Of a stretch of 64,000 nucleotides of DNA, positions 35,986-45,852 are shown piece by piece. A model generated the notes under the pieces. It saw nothing but the letters and a program-made list of their open reading frames with translations, did not search any database and had not been told where the DNA came from. Origin of the DNA: Campylobacterota bacterium (GTDB lineage: Bacteria > Campylobacterota > Campylobacteria > Campylobacterales > Sulfurimonadaceae). The stretch's first letter is position 1; each line of letters begins with the position of its first letter. The translations under genes were made by a program, and so were the position numbers. The stretch spans positions 10,643 to 74,642 of the forward strand of contig JACXUD010000001.1 of assembly GCA_014764025.1 (NCBI GenBank), read 5' to 3'.

Positions 35986-37212
35986 CTACTTTTTTCTTCC
36001 GATGTTGAAGCCACCCGCTTCTTGAGGAGTAATCGTTCCGTTTTTGACCAACTCTTTAATGTGGTTTTCAAAGCTTATGGCCGTTAAATGCCTTCCGTTC
36101 TCTGTGCTTTCAAGGGACGCAACTACCTTGCTGATATCCCCGTTTGCTAGGTGTACCCTATCTTGCTCACTTGGTATCAGTATCTCAAAGAGTGGGACGA
36201 TCACCCCTTTGTTGTTAATATGAAGCTTGTGTGCCACGATTGCTTTAATGGAAGCGGCGAGTAGGTACTCCTCCCCTTTGGTAACAGAAGCTAGGGTGAC
36301 AAGAGCCTCTTTTACGTTAGAAGCGTGCATTGTTCCAAGTGCTAAGTGTCCCTTTACACCTACATCGATCATCATGCGGATATCTTTTTTCCCTCTTGCT
36401 TCACCAAACATTACTACCGAAGGGTTGTTTCTCAATAGGTGATTATTGATATTTTCCCTCAACTCATCTTCAGTCTCTCCGGTAATATCTCTTCCTAGCT
36501 CAAATTGTCTTACTGGTGCTGCTGTTGCAATGTGCCCGTATTCTATTGGATTTTCATAGGTAATGATAGTTCCCGTTGTTTCTTCCGCAAATAAGCCAAC
36601 CTCGGCTGCCAGTGCCGTAGTTTTCCCACTCCCAGTTGGGCCGCAGTGAAGAATTAACCCCCCACCTCTCACTACACCTCTCTTGAGCTTGCCTTCAGGT
36701 GTTGCGATCTCTACTTGGCTAATAAGCTTCTCGATCTCATTCTTGTAAAAAGAAGGGTAGCCTACGCCCTCGAATGTAGGTATCTCTGAAGTAAGGTATC
36801 TTACACTCAGCCCTTTTCCGCTTGCGTCAGAAGAGTAATTTATTCTGTAAACTCCAAGCCCCATAACATAGATCGAAAAATCAACACTCACGGACTCCAT
36901 TTTCTCATCTTTGAGATCAGTAAACTTTTTTACAAGAGAGGTGATCTGCTCACCAGAAACCATTACCGAGTTTCCTTGTTCGTCCTTAAACGGGATGTGG
37001 GCTTTTACTAGAGATACATTAACCGCCTGATCTTCCCTAATAAGTATATCCGTTACTCTAAACCCCTGATCGATCCATCCGGTCTTTATTTGCTTAATGA
37101 TTTTATAAAACCATACCCCGTTAGAGCCTAGTGCGACAACAAACTTATCCTCTCCCTTTGATTTGTTTTCATCAATAAATGAATTTGCGTTCTTTTTTTG
37201 TGCTATGATCAT
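35986..37212 (-). CDS. PilT/DotB-class hexameric secretion ATPase
   Basis: Walker A HCGPTGSGKTT, Asp-box/Walker B VVMFGEARGKKD and His box KGHLALGTMHASN. At 408 aa it lacks the long N-terminus and Zn-Cys motif of the GspE class. Confidence 0.8.
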   Translation of the reverse strand: MIIAQKKNANSFIDENKSKGEDKFVVALGSNGVWFYKIIKQIKTGWIDQGFRVTDILIREDQAVNVSLVKAHIPFKDEQGNSVMVSGEQITSLVKKFTDLKDEKMESVSVDFSIYVMGLGVYRINYSSDASGKGLSVRYLTSEIPTFEGVGYPSFYKNEIEKLISQVEIATPEGKLKRGVVRGGGLILHCGPTGSGKTTALAAEVGLFAEETTGTIITYENPIEYGHIATAAPVRQFELGRDITGETEDELRENINNHLLRNNPSVVMFGEARGKKDIRMMIDVGVKGHLALGTMHASNVKEALVTLASVTKGEEYLLAASIKAIVAHKLHINNKGVIVPLFEILIPSEQDRVHLANGDISKVVASLESTENGRHLTAISFENHIKELVKNGTITPQEAGGFNIGRKK

Positions 37213-37232
37213 TGTGTTTTCTCCTTTTTTTG

Positions 37233-38405
37233 TTAATACGTAAAATATGTTCGCCCATCTGTGGGTGCTGCTGTGTCTTTTAGGTTGAAATTGCTACTAT
37301 AAATCACCGATGTATGTGGCGGTCTTACATTTCCTGCGGTAATAAAATTGTCTTGCGGAAGTGTTGGTGCAACTATCACGCAAGAATCAATATTGTTATT
37401 TATACATTGAGACATAAAAGGAACAAAAAATAACCCGTTCCCAAAACCGTCCACGGTTACGGAAGTATCTCCCATGAAAAGATTTTGCACCATTCTTCTC
37501 CAATAAAGAGCTCTTCGGTTAATATCCGTTGTTCTCCAAATATTATCGGTATTGAGGTTGGTGCATGAGCCTCCCGCTATTGCACAATTCGCCGCCGTAA
37601 CTTGTGCAGCATCATCGCCGAATGCTTCCCAAAACCAAGGCACAAACTCATCGTCCATACTGTGTAGTGCTCCTGGTGGCGGTGCATTAAACTCTGTCAA
37701 TAGTTTTGTTTCGTGAAAACTCTTCAGGGTGTCTTTTATTCGGTTGATCTTAGTGTGTGAAAATCTTCTTCGATAATCAAATACATTGTTCATCGTGAAC
37801 TCATAATTTGATACCGCAGAAAAAGTACCCGTTGTCGATCTTCTGTCGTAATTTATCCTTACGCTTGGCGGTAAACGTGGGTCTATATCCGTATTAGCGA
37901 CATGAGCTCCCGTTCTTGTATATGCCCCTCCCGTACTGTAAAGCACATCAAGTATCTTAGGACACCTCAACTCTAGTGCGGTTGCAGTTTTTGTGATACG
38001 AGAACATACGCCATTATAGTTCTCTATAATTGTATTTTCCAACTGACCTTGCTCTGCTGCCGTTAGAGAGTTAAACTGGATGCTATAAGTTATTTTCCTA
38101 TCGTTACCCGCATCGGAATATACCGGGTAAGGAGAGGTCATTTTGCAGTCATTATGTTGCCATCCCCATGACAAAGTAGTATCTGCGGGGATATCTGAAC
38201 AAATAGGCTCAAAAGCATCAAGTATAGCTACAAAAGACTGTTTAACACCTCTTTCCATTTCGTCATAATCCACAAACTCAGCTTCCGCTTGTCTGCTTTC
38301 TTTTGCACTGTTCATTCCCCTGATGACGCCAATGTATAATAGGGCGATCAGTATAAGGGAAATACCCAATTCCAAAAGAGAAAAACCTTTTCTTAATCTA
38401 GCCAT
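37233..38405 (-). CDS. large prepilin-type protein (390 aa; minor pilin or tip-adhesin candidate)
   Basis: Class III signal MARLRKG|FSLLELGISLILIALLYIGV, with G at -1, F at +1 and E at +5. Confidence 0.7.
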   Translation of the reverse strand: MARLRKGFSLLELGISLILIALLYIGVIRGMNSAKESRQAEAEFVDYDEMERGVKQSFVAILDAFEPICSDIPADTTLSWGWQHNDCKMTSPYPVYSDAGNDRKITYSIQFNSLTAAEQGQLENTIIENYNGVCSRITKTATALELRCPKILDVLYSTGGAYTRTGAHVANTDIDPRLPPSVRINYDRRSTTGTFSAVSNYEFTMNNVFDYRRRFSHTKINRIKDTLKSFHETKLLTEFNAPPPGALHSMDDEFVPWFWEAFGDDAAQVTAANCAIAGGSCTNLNTDNIWRTTDINRRALYWRRMVQNLFMGDTSVTVDGFGNGLFFVPFMSQCINNNIDSCVIVAPTLPQDNFITAGNVRPPHTSVIYSSNFNLKDTAAPTDGRTYFTY

Positions 38406-39654
38406 CGTTATTTGCCTTATAGAGTAGTAGTCTTAATGTAAATTCGTCTCCCTTTTGAGAGAAATAGTCCACTATAACCGGACAACTTTTGATTAGCGGC
38501 AATACTTGATTTTTTATGATCGAGCCCTTGGCTTCTTCGAGTCTAAGTTCTATCACTTGCCCGTCTCTTCTAATAGGTGTCGTTACACCTTCGATTTCTG
38601 TTGCTTGCACTAGACAAGAACGGCTTAAAGCCAATTTATTAGTAGAGAGGATATTTTGCTCTAAATAGGTTTCATCAAGCTCTATCGTTTTACTTAGTGT
38701 CTTAGAGTAGAGATCATCTTGAGAAAATCTAAAGCCTTCCCCTATAAAAATTTGCTCTAAAATCATTGTCGTATCGTATTTGATACCTCCTCTTTTTGGA
38801 CCAGGAGGATAAACCCAAACCTCATTATTTACAAGTTGAGGTTGTACCGGAGGTATATGTTGAGGTGAGGACATACTAAATGAGATCACTCTGCGAAGCT
38901 CTTTGTCTTCTGTTCCTTCCTTGTAACTTTTGATCTCGCTATCTAAAAGCTCTAAAAGCTTGAGCGAAGCCCCTCTAGCTAGGTGATTCTTCTCTACTTC
39001 GGTCAGAGGATTTACTACTGGTTGTGGTGGCGGTGCTTTAACAACCTCGATATCATCAGTCAATAAAAAGCTATATGCGATCCAAGAAAAAACTATAAGT
39101 ACCGCTACAAAAAGATAAAGAGTTGTTTTACTCTTTTTTGTGAATTCGCTCTTGATATCATCAATAGAAAGATCGATCTCGGAGTTGCTTCGTCCTGAAA
39201 AATATACTTCTGCTGCATCAGAAGGGGTCATATCATCTTCAATAGGAACTTCACTAAGCATCACTACCGTATCGTAAGTTTCAAGGATTAAGAGCCTATC
39301 GCCATAGTCATAGTAGGCATTTTCAAGCATTCTGTTCTTGATGTATGCCACTAAGAGTTTACAGTCCTCAAGAAAAGAAGGGGTATAGTATTTGGCATCT
39401 TCTATGAAAATTCGATAAGTCTCTTCTCCAAACTTTAAAGACTCAAACTTTGCTTTTTCAGAGCCATCGTTCTCTTTAAAGTAGGACTCTTCTTCGTGCA
39501 CACCCTCTTCAGTAATAATCACTCTTAGAGTATCTTCGCCTAGAGAGTTTCGCTTGGTAATCTTCTCATTACCTTCTATCTCTATCTCTTCGCTCTGCCC
39601 ATGCTTCTTGAGGTTGTTCAAAAAGGATATTTGGGGAAATTTGAATGACATCAT
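38398..39654 (-). CDS. bitopic inner-membrane protein (418 aa), pilus-assembly candidate
   Basis: Single central TM LYLFVAVLIVFSWIAYSFLL. Sits between the secretin-side genes and the pilin-like gene. The role is inferred from context only. Confidence 0.4.
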   Translation of the reverse strand: MMSFKFPQISFLNNLKKHGQSEEIEIEGNEKITKRNSLGEDTLRVIITEEGVHEEESYFKENDGSEKAKFESLKFGEETYRIFIEDAKYYTPSFLEDCKLLVAYIKNRMLENAYYDYGDRLLILETYDTVVMLSEVPIEDDMTPSDAAEVYFSGRSNSEIDLSIDDIKSEFTKKSKTTLYLFVAVLIVFSWIAYSFLLTDDIEVVKAPPPQPVVNPLTEVEKNHLARGASLKLLELLDSEIKSYKEGTEDKELRRVISFSMSSPQHIPPVQPQLVNNEVWVYPPGPKRGGIKYDTTMILEQIFIGEGFRFSQDDLYSKTLSKTIELDETYLEQNILSTNKLALSRSCLVQATEIEGVTTPIRRDGQVIELRLEEAKGSIIKNQVLPLIKSCPVIVDYFSQKGDEFTLRLLLYKANNDG

Positions 39655-39664
39655 TTCTCCTCTA

Positions 39665-40273
39665 TTAAAATTCCATCGTTTCTATTGTCGTGTTAGACTC
39701 TGTGCCATCTGCCGACATAATCTGACGCTCTACTTTGAGTGATTTTGGATGTATGCTTATGATCTTCTCTCCACTCGCAAGCTTATCGCCCACGACATAT
39801 CTGCCACTATTTGTAAATAATGTGCATTTCCCCTTGTCGCAACTTACTCCAGTCACTCTAAAGCCCATTCCTCCCATCTGCTCAGGGGATTGTGGAACTT
39901 CTGTACTTTCCGCACCAACGATGTCTCCATTTACTGCAACAACCACACCTCCGCTTCTCGGAAATACTGGATTGCCTTTTCTTGGAGTTTCTTGTGTTAC
40001 TCCGGTGACATTGTATGACCCAGTAGTGTTGGAATTATTGTTGCGTCTCGCTTCCCTCTCTCGCTTTTGCCTCTCTCTTTCTTCGGCAAAAGATAAAAAG
40101 ATTTTATCTATGTCATCGCTTGATAGCTCCTTTGTTTCTAAAACCGAAGGATCTTTAGGCGTAGATGTCGCATTGTTGCTCCCATCCAAAGGAGGCAAGC
40201 CTTCTGCGTTGAGAGTTGCGACAAAGAAAGAAAGTAGCCCTATCCTGAAAAGTGTTTTTTTATCAAACATCAC
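39665..40273 (-). CDS. exported protein (202 aa), pilus-assembly candidate
   Basis: Signal peptide LFRIGLLSFFVATLNA. 4-nt overlap with the secretin gene. Confidence 0.4.
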   Translation of the reverse strand: MMFDKKTLFRIGLLSFFVATLNAEGLPPLDGSNNATSTPKDPSVLETKELSSDDIDKIFLSFAEERERQKREREARRNNNSNTTGSYNVTGVTQETPRKGNPVFPRSGGVVVAVNGDIVGAESTEVPQSPEQMGGMGFRVTGVSCDKGKCTLFTNSGRYVVGDKLASGEKIISIHPKSLKVERQIMSADGTESNTTIETMEF

Positions 40274-42012
40274 ATTCTCCTAACGCTTTTAGGTGATACA
40301 ACGATCAAGAACTCGCTCACTTGTGAAGAGCGTTTATTTAACCCAAAGAGGCCGCCGATAGGGTTGTCAAGCTGTGACGCTCCCGGCACACCCTCTTGGT
40401 TTGAATTATCTTGTCTCAATTTGAGTCCAGTTAGAACGATTGCAGTGTTCATATTTGTTGAAGATGGAACTGAGAGCTCATTGATAGAAAGTCTAGGAAG
40501 CACCGTTTCTCCTCCACCTTGCAAAGGAAGTGTCTTGTCTCCACGGTACTCTGAAATCTCCATTCTTGTAGCTAGGTTTACCACCTCTCCATTTTCCGCA
40601 AGTGTAGGAGTGATCTCTATTGTAATACCCGCTTCTGCGACTTTCGCCTCATTCGCTATCTCACTTGTACCACCGCTATTGACTACCGAACTTGTAACAT
40701 AAGGCTCTAGGTCTTGAGCTTTAAATGATGAAAGTAATCCTGATCTTGTGACCACATGGAAATCTTTTATAATCCGGCTGTTACCGTAAGCTTGGAGAGC
40801 TTTTACCACGCTTGTAAGCCCATTCTTGCTTCCTGAGATTGTGATACCTCCTCCGATGTCAGAAGAGTAGTCCATACCTACATTGATCACATCATAACCG
40901 ACCTTCTCTGCCATTGTTGCAAAAGCCTTGTTCCAATCAACACCTACGCCCATTTCATCATTCAGATCAACCCTGATAATGCTTACCGTTAGATCAATTG
41001 GAGTTTGTCTTTTAAGCTCGGTACGAACAAGTTTCTTGATATTTCTCACATAAGACGGCTTATCCATAACAAATAGATATCCTCTTCCTGACACATGAGC
41101 TTTTGCTTTTGAACTACTTAGGTGCTGTGCGATATACTCACTGAACTCTTTTCTAAGATCCTCTTTGGAAGTTAGTGTTGCTCCACTCATGCTTGATGAC
41201 CCCATTCCACTTGAGCCACTCATTCCACTTGAGCCACTCATAGATTGTCCACTGCTCATATAATCTACTGCGTAATATGTTGGAAGATCAAGCTCTGCTG
41301 TTTCGTAGTCTTTCACCCTTACTAGGTCATTGGAGACTTTTTCTACTTTTAGGTCTGCTGCTTCAGCGAATTTTCTAATCGCATCCATTCTGTCACATCC
41401 CTTGTGATAGAAAGAGACATTCGGCATACTTGGCCTTCCGTCACTTCCTTCGTTTGCAGAGTAAAATCTTGTATCAAACGTAAATCCCATTCCGTATTTT
41501 TTACTGAAGTCTTTAAATACCTCATAAGGGCTTACTCCATTAAAAGACATTTCAATGGTTGGTTTTTGACCTCTTTTGCACTCTTTCACCTCATGCTGTC
41601 GCTCAACATTCTCTTTGTTGAATACTGTCAAGATTCCATTTCTATACTTGTAGCTGATTCCGCTATGTGTGTAGATGACAGATAGAAACTCTCCGAGTGT
41701 TCCCTTGAAGTTCATTGTCACTTTGTACTCAGAAGAAGGAATGAATGTTCTATCAAGAGGCACATCAAGCGATCTTGATACCTGACTTACCGCATAATAG
41801 ACAGAACTATTGACAAAATTCGCATCTACCCTTTTAGACATGATCCTGGATAGTTCACTTGATTTATCATGGGCTGCTCTATATGATTCCACATCTTGCA
41901 AGCTGCGTCTTGCATCATTACCCAGTGTTGCACTGTTTCTTGTTGTACTTGCACATCCTGATAGGACCAATAGAGCGATAGCTCCCAATGAGATTTGTTT
42001 TGTAAGTTTCAT
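40270..42012 (-). CDS. secretin lipoprotein (type IVb pilus / T2SS secretin family)
   Basis: Lipobox LVLSGC. The C-terminal secretin domain reads ...TAIVLTGLKLRQDNSNQEGVPGASQLDNPIGGLFGLNKRSSQVSEFLIVVSPKSV. Confidence 0.85.
   Translation of the reverse strand: MKLTKQISLGAIALLVLSGCASTTRNSATLGNDARRSLQDVESYRAAHDKSSELSRIMSKRVDANFVNSSVYYAVSQVSRSLDVPLDRTFIPSSEYKVTMNFKGTLGEFLSVIYTHSGISYKYRNGILTVFNKENVERQHEVKECKRGQKPTIEMSFNGVSPYEVFKDFSKKYGMGFTFDTRFYSANEGSDGRPSMPNVSFYHKGCDRMDAIRKFAEAADLKVEKVSNDLVRVKDYETAELDLPTYYAVDYMSSGQSMSGSSGMSGSSGMGSSSMSGATLTSKEDLRKEFSEYIAQHLSSSKAKAHVSGRGYLFVMDKPSYVRNIKKLVRTELKRQTPIDLTVSIIRVDLNDEMGVGVDWNKAFATMAEKVGYDVINVGMDYSSDIGGGITISGSKNGLTSVVKALQAYGNSRIIKDFHVVTRSGLLSSFKAQDLEPYVTSSVVNSGGTSEIANEAKVAEAGITIEITPTLAENGEVVNLATRMEISEYRGDKTLPLQGGGETVLPRLSINELSVPSSTNMNTAIVLTGLKLRQDNSNQEGVPGASQLDNPIGGLFGLNKRSSQVSEFLIVVSPKSVRRM
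41203..41238. repeat. two perfect tandem 18-nt units inside the secretin gene (encode SGSSGM SGSSGM)
   Basis: cattccacttgagccact occurs twice in tandem. It lies within a Ser/Gly/Met low-complexity linker. Confidence 0.7.
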
Positions 42013-42032
42013 TCTTTTCTTTCCTTCTCTTA

Positions 42033-43799
42033 TTATTTAATTTTTTCCCAAATTGTCTCAGAGGTATCCAAAACCCCTTCTCTGATCAGTTGAATATAAC
42101 GCCCCAACTTATTCTCTCCTATTTCCATTTCACATGCTTCATTCTCAATTTCAAATGGTTTCATTTTGTTGCTAAGTAGTTTTTCTAGGAAATCTTGTGT
42201 CATTCTGAAATATTCAGTTACCGGAACTCTTCCTAGATATCCTGTTCCACCACAACGCACACATCCGTCACCTACAATGTAGGTCTTGCCGTCCATACTC
42301 ACATCCTTGAGGAATGTATTGAGCGGTTTAGTGTAGGCGTAGCGTATTTCTTTGTTGTTTTTCAGTTCCTCTAGCTTTGCAGCATTAACATTTTCCGTAT
42401 CGAGTTTCTTGCAGTGTGGGCATAAGCTCTGCACAAGTGTTTGGTTTGTCGAGAAAAGCACGATATTCACTGCTGTTTCGTAAGGCACTCCAAACGCCTT
42501 CTCTAAAGCAAAGAAAATATTGAAAGCACTTCTGAAGTGTGCCGTTGTCATAATGAGTTGTCCGGCCTCACTGAGCTCAACCAAAGCATCTACAAGCTCT
42601 TTCTCTTTTCTCATTTCTCCAACAAAAGCCACATCAGGATCGGAACGCTTGAGCATACGCACATATTCAAGAAAACCCATTTTCTTATCTTTTGCATCGT
42701 CGTCACCTTGCTTAGGAACATAGATTTGGTGTTGGGTTGTGTTTGGTCGATTTATACGATATTCCACCGGATCTTCTATGGTGAACACACGCTGATTTTC
42801 GTTCACGGTACTAAGGAGTCTTGAAACCAATGAACTCTTTCCTGACCCAGTGACCCCTGAAGCTACAAAAAGTCCACCTCTTTGCTTGATCGCTTGTTTG
42901 ATTCTCTTCTCGAATTCAGGGGAATGATTCATGTTTTTTACAAAATCATAATCTCCTCCTTCAATAGAAGTCTTTTTGAGTACCCTTGCAACCAAAGAAG
43001 CCTTCTTGAGTGTTCCATCAGGTGTAATAGCAACACGAAGATCGACTCCTAGATCGTCATATTCAATACGTCCATCTTGCCCTTTATAAAGTGCTTCAGC
43101 ATTAAACGCACCCCTTGAATACTCTGCTGCCGTAAGCATGATCTCTTTAATGAGGGCCATTCCGTCTGTTAGCTTCATCATCCAGTCAGTTTGTTCTTCA
43201 AGGAGACCATTTATTCTAAAGAGGATATTGAACTCTTTTTCTCCGTATGTGATATGTATGTCACTTACGTCTCTATCTCTAGCAATTTTTACAACGTCTT
43301 TAAAGTTGATACTTGATACATAATGACTCTTTGCTCTATCAACACTTCTTTTGGCTGTTTTGGTTGTATGACCCTTGTTGGTGTCTGATTTTAGGTTTTC
43401 ATATTTTTTATAGTCACTAAAAGGGAGTATCACAAAGTCATCCGTGCTTCCAACCGTAGGGACAATACATGGTTTTACTTCTTTATCACCCTTGTATGCT
43501 TTCCCGTCTCTAAGTTTTAATTCATCAAAGGTTGCAATCTCTAAAGTGGGCAAATGAGGCTTAAACGCTTCATAGGCAATTTCCGCAGACTCCTCCTCTG
43601 TTAAAATCTTCAACATCGCAAGCACTTCAATGATATGCCTATCTCCACCTAGCTCATTTCTCTTCTCTTTTGCTTGCATTAAGAGCTCAGGACCTTTTAC
43701 ATCTTCAATGGCCTTATAAAGATGAATGATCTCGTACTTGATCCTTACTTCTCTAAAAGTGATATTCCATTTAGACTTTCCACTTAGGCTTGCCGTCAT
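42033..43799 (-). CDS. GspE/PilB-class pilus assembly ATPase
   Basis: Walker A ASGVTGSGKSS, VAFVGEMR and MTTAHFRS. The tetracysteine CPHCKK...CVRCGGTGYLGR is typical of GspE-type ATPases. Confidence 0.85.
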   Translation of the reverse strand: MTASLSGKSKWNITFREVRIKYEIIHLYKAIEDVKGPELLMQAKEKRNELGGDRHIIEVLAMLKILTEEESAEIAYEAFKPHLPTLEIATFDELKLRDGKAYKGDKEVKPCIVPTVGSTDDFVILPFSDYKKYENLKSDTNKGHTTKTAKRSVDRAKSHYVSSINFKDVVKIARDRDVSDIHITYGEKEFNILFRINGLLEEQTDWMMKLTDGMALIKEIMLTAAEYSRGAFNAEALYKGQDGRIEYDDLGVDLRVAITPDGTLKKASLVARVLKKTSIEGGDYDFVKNMNHSPEFEKRIKQAIKQRGGLFVASGVTGSGKSSLVSRLLSTVNENQRVFTIEDPVEYRINRPNTTQHQIYVPKQGDDDAKDKKMGFLEYVRMLKRSDPDVAFVGEMRKEKELVDALVELSEAGQLIMTTAHFRSAFNIFFALEKAFGVPYETAVNIVLFSTNQTLVQSLCPHCKKLDTENVNAAKLEELKNNKEIRYAYTKPLNTFLKDVSMDGKTYIVGDGCVRCGGTGYLGRVPVTEYFRMTQDFLEKLLSNKMKPFEIENEACEMEIGENKLGRYIQLIREGVLDTSETIWEKIK

Positions 43800-43812
43800 T
43801 TTTTGATTGCTC

Positions 43813-44352
43813 CTATCTCGATACTATTCCACTATAAGAACACGGATCAGTTGCTTCGCTGTTCTGCATCCCGCCTAGATCATACTGGTAGTTTCCGTTT
43901 ATGATCACTTCGCTAGGTATTGCTTTTTGAATTAATCCTCTTCCATAACTTGCTTTTTGTGCTGCATTACATGAAAAGACAGTGCTTGTAGTACCACTCC
44001 AAGCAGCGTTAAGACTTCCAACGCTGCCAGGACTATCTACAAAACCCCATATCGTATCTTCTTGATAAGGTGTAGAGCAGTGAGACAGAAGGGAAAGTGT
44101 GTGTAAGGTTTTACACGCTCTAAGTAGAGCCCCTTCTATTGCTTCAGTCTCATCTTTTCTAGCTTCTTCCTCACTTTTAAAATTTGTCATGTCGTAGCTG
44201 TATTCATATCTCTGTTTTTGATTAAGACTTCTTGTTTGGGGATCATACTCTCCTATGAAAAAAGTCTTATTTTGAGCATTATGCTTGGTGACGGAAATGT
44301 ATGCGAAGTACATTCCCGTCAATAAAAACAAGATCATGGCAGCTAAAGGCAC
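43813..44352 (-). CDS. membrane-anchored protein with 5 Cys (179 aa; GTG start, GGAG RBS)
   Basis: N-terminal anchor LAAMILFLLTGMYFAYISV. No class III signal, so a pseudopilin-like role is speculative. Confidence 0.4.
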   Translation of the reverse strand: MPLAAMILFLLTGMYFAYISVTKHNAQNKTFFIGEYDPQTRSLNQKQRYEYSYDMTNFKSEEEARKDETEAIEGALLRACKTLHTLSLLSHCSTPYQEDTIWGFVDSPGSVGSLNAAWSGTTSTVFSCNAAQKASYGRGLIQKAIPSEVIINGNYQYDLGGMQNSEATDPCSYSGIVSR

Positions 44353-44366
44353 GACAAACTCCTAAA

Positions 44367-44849
44367 TTATTGACAAGTTGTATTTGTCTTAGTGATCACG
44401 ATTGTTGATCCCGCCGCCGTAGCCGTCCAAGGTGTACTGTTAGAGTTTACTTGGTTAAGAACTAGAGTTTGCACTGTTGGATCTTCATAGCTAGTTGTAG
44501 TCAAAGTTACTGTTTGGTTGCTACCCGCAGCACAGTTGTACTTCCAACTTGCAACGTCTTGAGTCTTTGTTGGTCCACCCATTGCATTAACAAGTACAGT
44601 GATCGTGTCAAGGTTAGCTGCTGCACCGATAGGGTAAACACCATTGTTGTATTTTTTAGTAGTCTCTAGTCCAGTAAGTACATCAGAAACCTTTTGGAAT
44701 TCTGTATCTGCTTGTGACTGAGCGTGTTTTTTACCGAATGAGCTTAAAGCCGCAATCGCAATTCCACCGACAAGTAGCAATACTAGACCGATTTCCAATA
44801 GTCCAAATGCAGGACGCATCTTTGCTGTTTTTTGAGTTTGAGTTATCAT
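44367..44849 (-). CDS. type IVb-like major prepilin
   Basis: MITQTQKTAKMRPA|FGLLEIGLVLLLVGGIAIAAL places E at +5 if cleavage follows Ala14. There is a C-terminal Cys pair (NCAAG...TTCQ). The 160-aa size and good RBS fit. Confidence 0.7.
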   Translation of the reverse strand: MITQTQKTAKMRPAFGLLEIGLVLLLVGGIAIAALSSFGKKHAQSQADTEFQKVSDVLTGLETTKKYNNGVYPIGAAANLDTITVLVNAMGGPTKTQDVASWKYNCAAGSNQTVTLTTTSYEDPTVQTLVLNQVNSNSTPWTATAAGSTIVITKTNTTCQ

Positions 44850-44868
44850 TTTTTTCCTTTTTAAAAAT

Positions 44869-45852
44869 TTAAGCCGTTGGCCCTAGATTCATAAGTTTGA
44901 TTAAAACTTGAATCACCATGTAAATTGGTGGTGTCAATAAGACAATGGATATCGTTTTGAGTGCTGAATTGATAGTCTCTTGTAAAGTTTCTATCTCTTC
45001 GGTTTTCTCAATAATTGCTAAATCAATACCTTTCTCTATTTCCCCCCTTTCTAAATTTATTTTAAGCTCTGCTGCTTGTTCAAGAGTTACCATCTTCTCT
45101 TTTTGCATAAGAGTAAGAAGTCCATTTGCATCGTTTTTGTATTTCTTTGTTTCTTTCAAAGAAAACTGCTTTGCAAGCGTCTGAATGATCTCTCCTGACG
45201 TATAGCTCATCTTATACATTGTCCTAGCCGTTGATAGGGCTAAAATGCCGTTCAACCTCTGAAAAACACCCTTTAGATAAGGAACTTTTTGAGGTATCAC
45301 GGCAAGGAAAAAGCCCAAGACTATTCCGTAAGACAAATTGATTGGAACATAGTTGTTCAATATAAAGAGCTCAAAATCGGTAAACTTGATAAGCGTATCT
45401 CCGTTCCCAATCTTTACGAACTCTTTAACGATTTCATTTAGACCAAACACCAACAAAAAGTAGATGGCAAACGGAAAGTAGAGTTTTGCCTTTACTCCCC
45501 TTTTTGTGGAGGTTGCCTTCTCCTTAATTGGTGCGTAGTCTTGGAAGATCGTACCTAGTGCGATCTGCTTTTTGTTCGCCTCTTTGATGAGGGCGATGAT
45601 GTCTTGATCAAGATAGGGCTTGTATGCGATATCTTTAGGCTCATTCTTATCTTTTAATCGTCTTGATATCATTGCAAGTTCTGAAGATAGCTGCTTGTCC
45701 TTCTTTAGCTCTACTGAGTATTTCATTAGTAGTTCATAACTCGGAATACCCATTTTAGGTGCGGAGACCTCTACCCTATAAATGATCCGTTGCAATTTGC
45801 TCTTATTAATAAGCCTTTCGATGTTTTTTGCATAACTCTTTAGGGTACTCAT
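44869..45852 (-). CDS. GspF/PilC/TcpE-like inner-membrane platform protein
   Basis: The topology (cytoplasmic domain, TM, short loop, TM, cytoplasmic domain, C-terminal TM) matches platform proteins. The TM segments are FPFAIYFLLVFGL, LSYGIVLGFFLAVI and ISIVLLTPPIYMVIQVLI. The call rests on architecture and context. Confidence 0.5.
   Translation of the reverse strand: MSTLKSYAKNIERLINKSKLQRIIYRVEVSAPKMGIPSYELLMKYSVELKKDKQLSSELAMISRRLKDKNEPKDIAYKPYLDQDIIALIKEANKKQIALGTIFQDYAPIKEKATSTKRGVKAKLYFPFAIYFLLVFGLNEIVKEFVKIGNGDTLIKFTDFELFILNNYVPINLSYGIVLGFFLAVIPQKVPYLKGVFQRLNGILALSTARTMYKMSYTSGEIIQTLAKQFSLKETKKYKNDANGLLTLMQKEKMVTLEQAAELKINLERGEIEKGIDLAIIEKTEEIETLQETINSALKTISIVLLTPPIYMVIQVLIKLMNLGPTA

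Noticed and set aside
37233-38405. Possible shufflon at the 3' end of the large pilin-like gene, as seen with R64 pilV and the Rci recombinase.
   Set aside because: The gene ends 20 nt from the next ORF, there are no alternative C-terminal segments or repeated 19-bp sites nearby, and the only tyrosine recombinase is 18 kb away.
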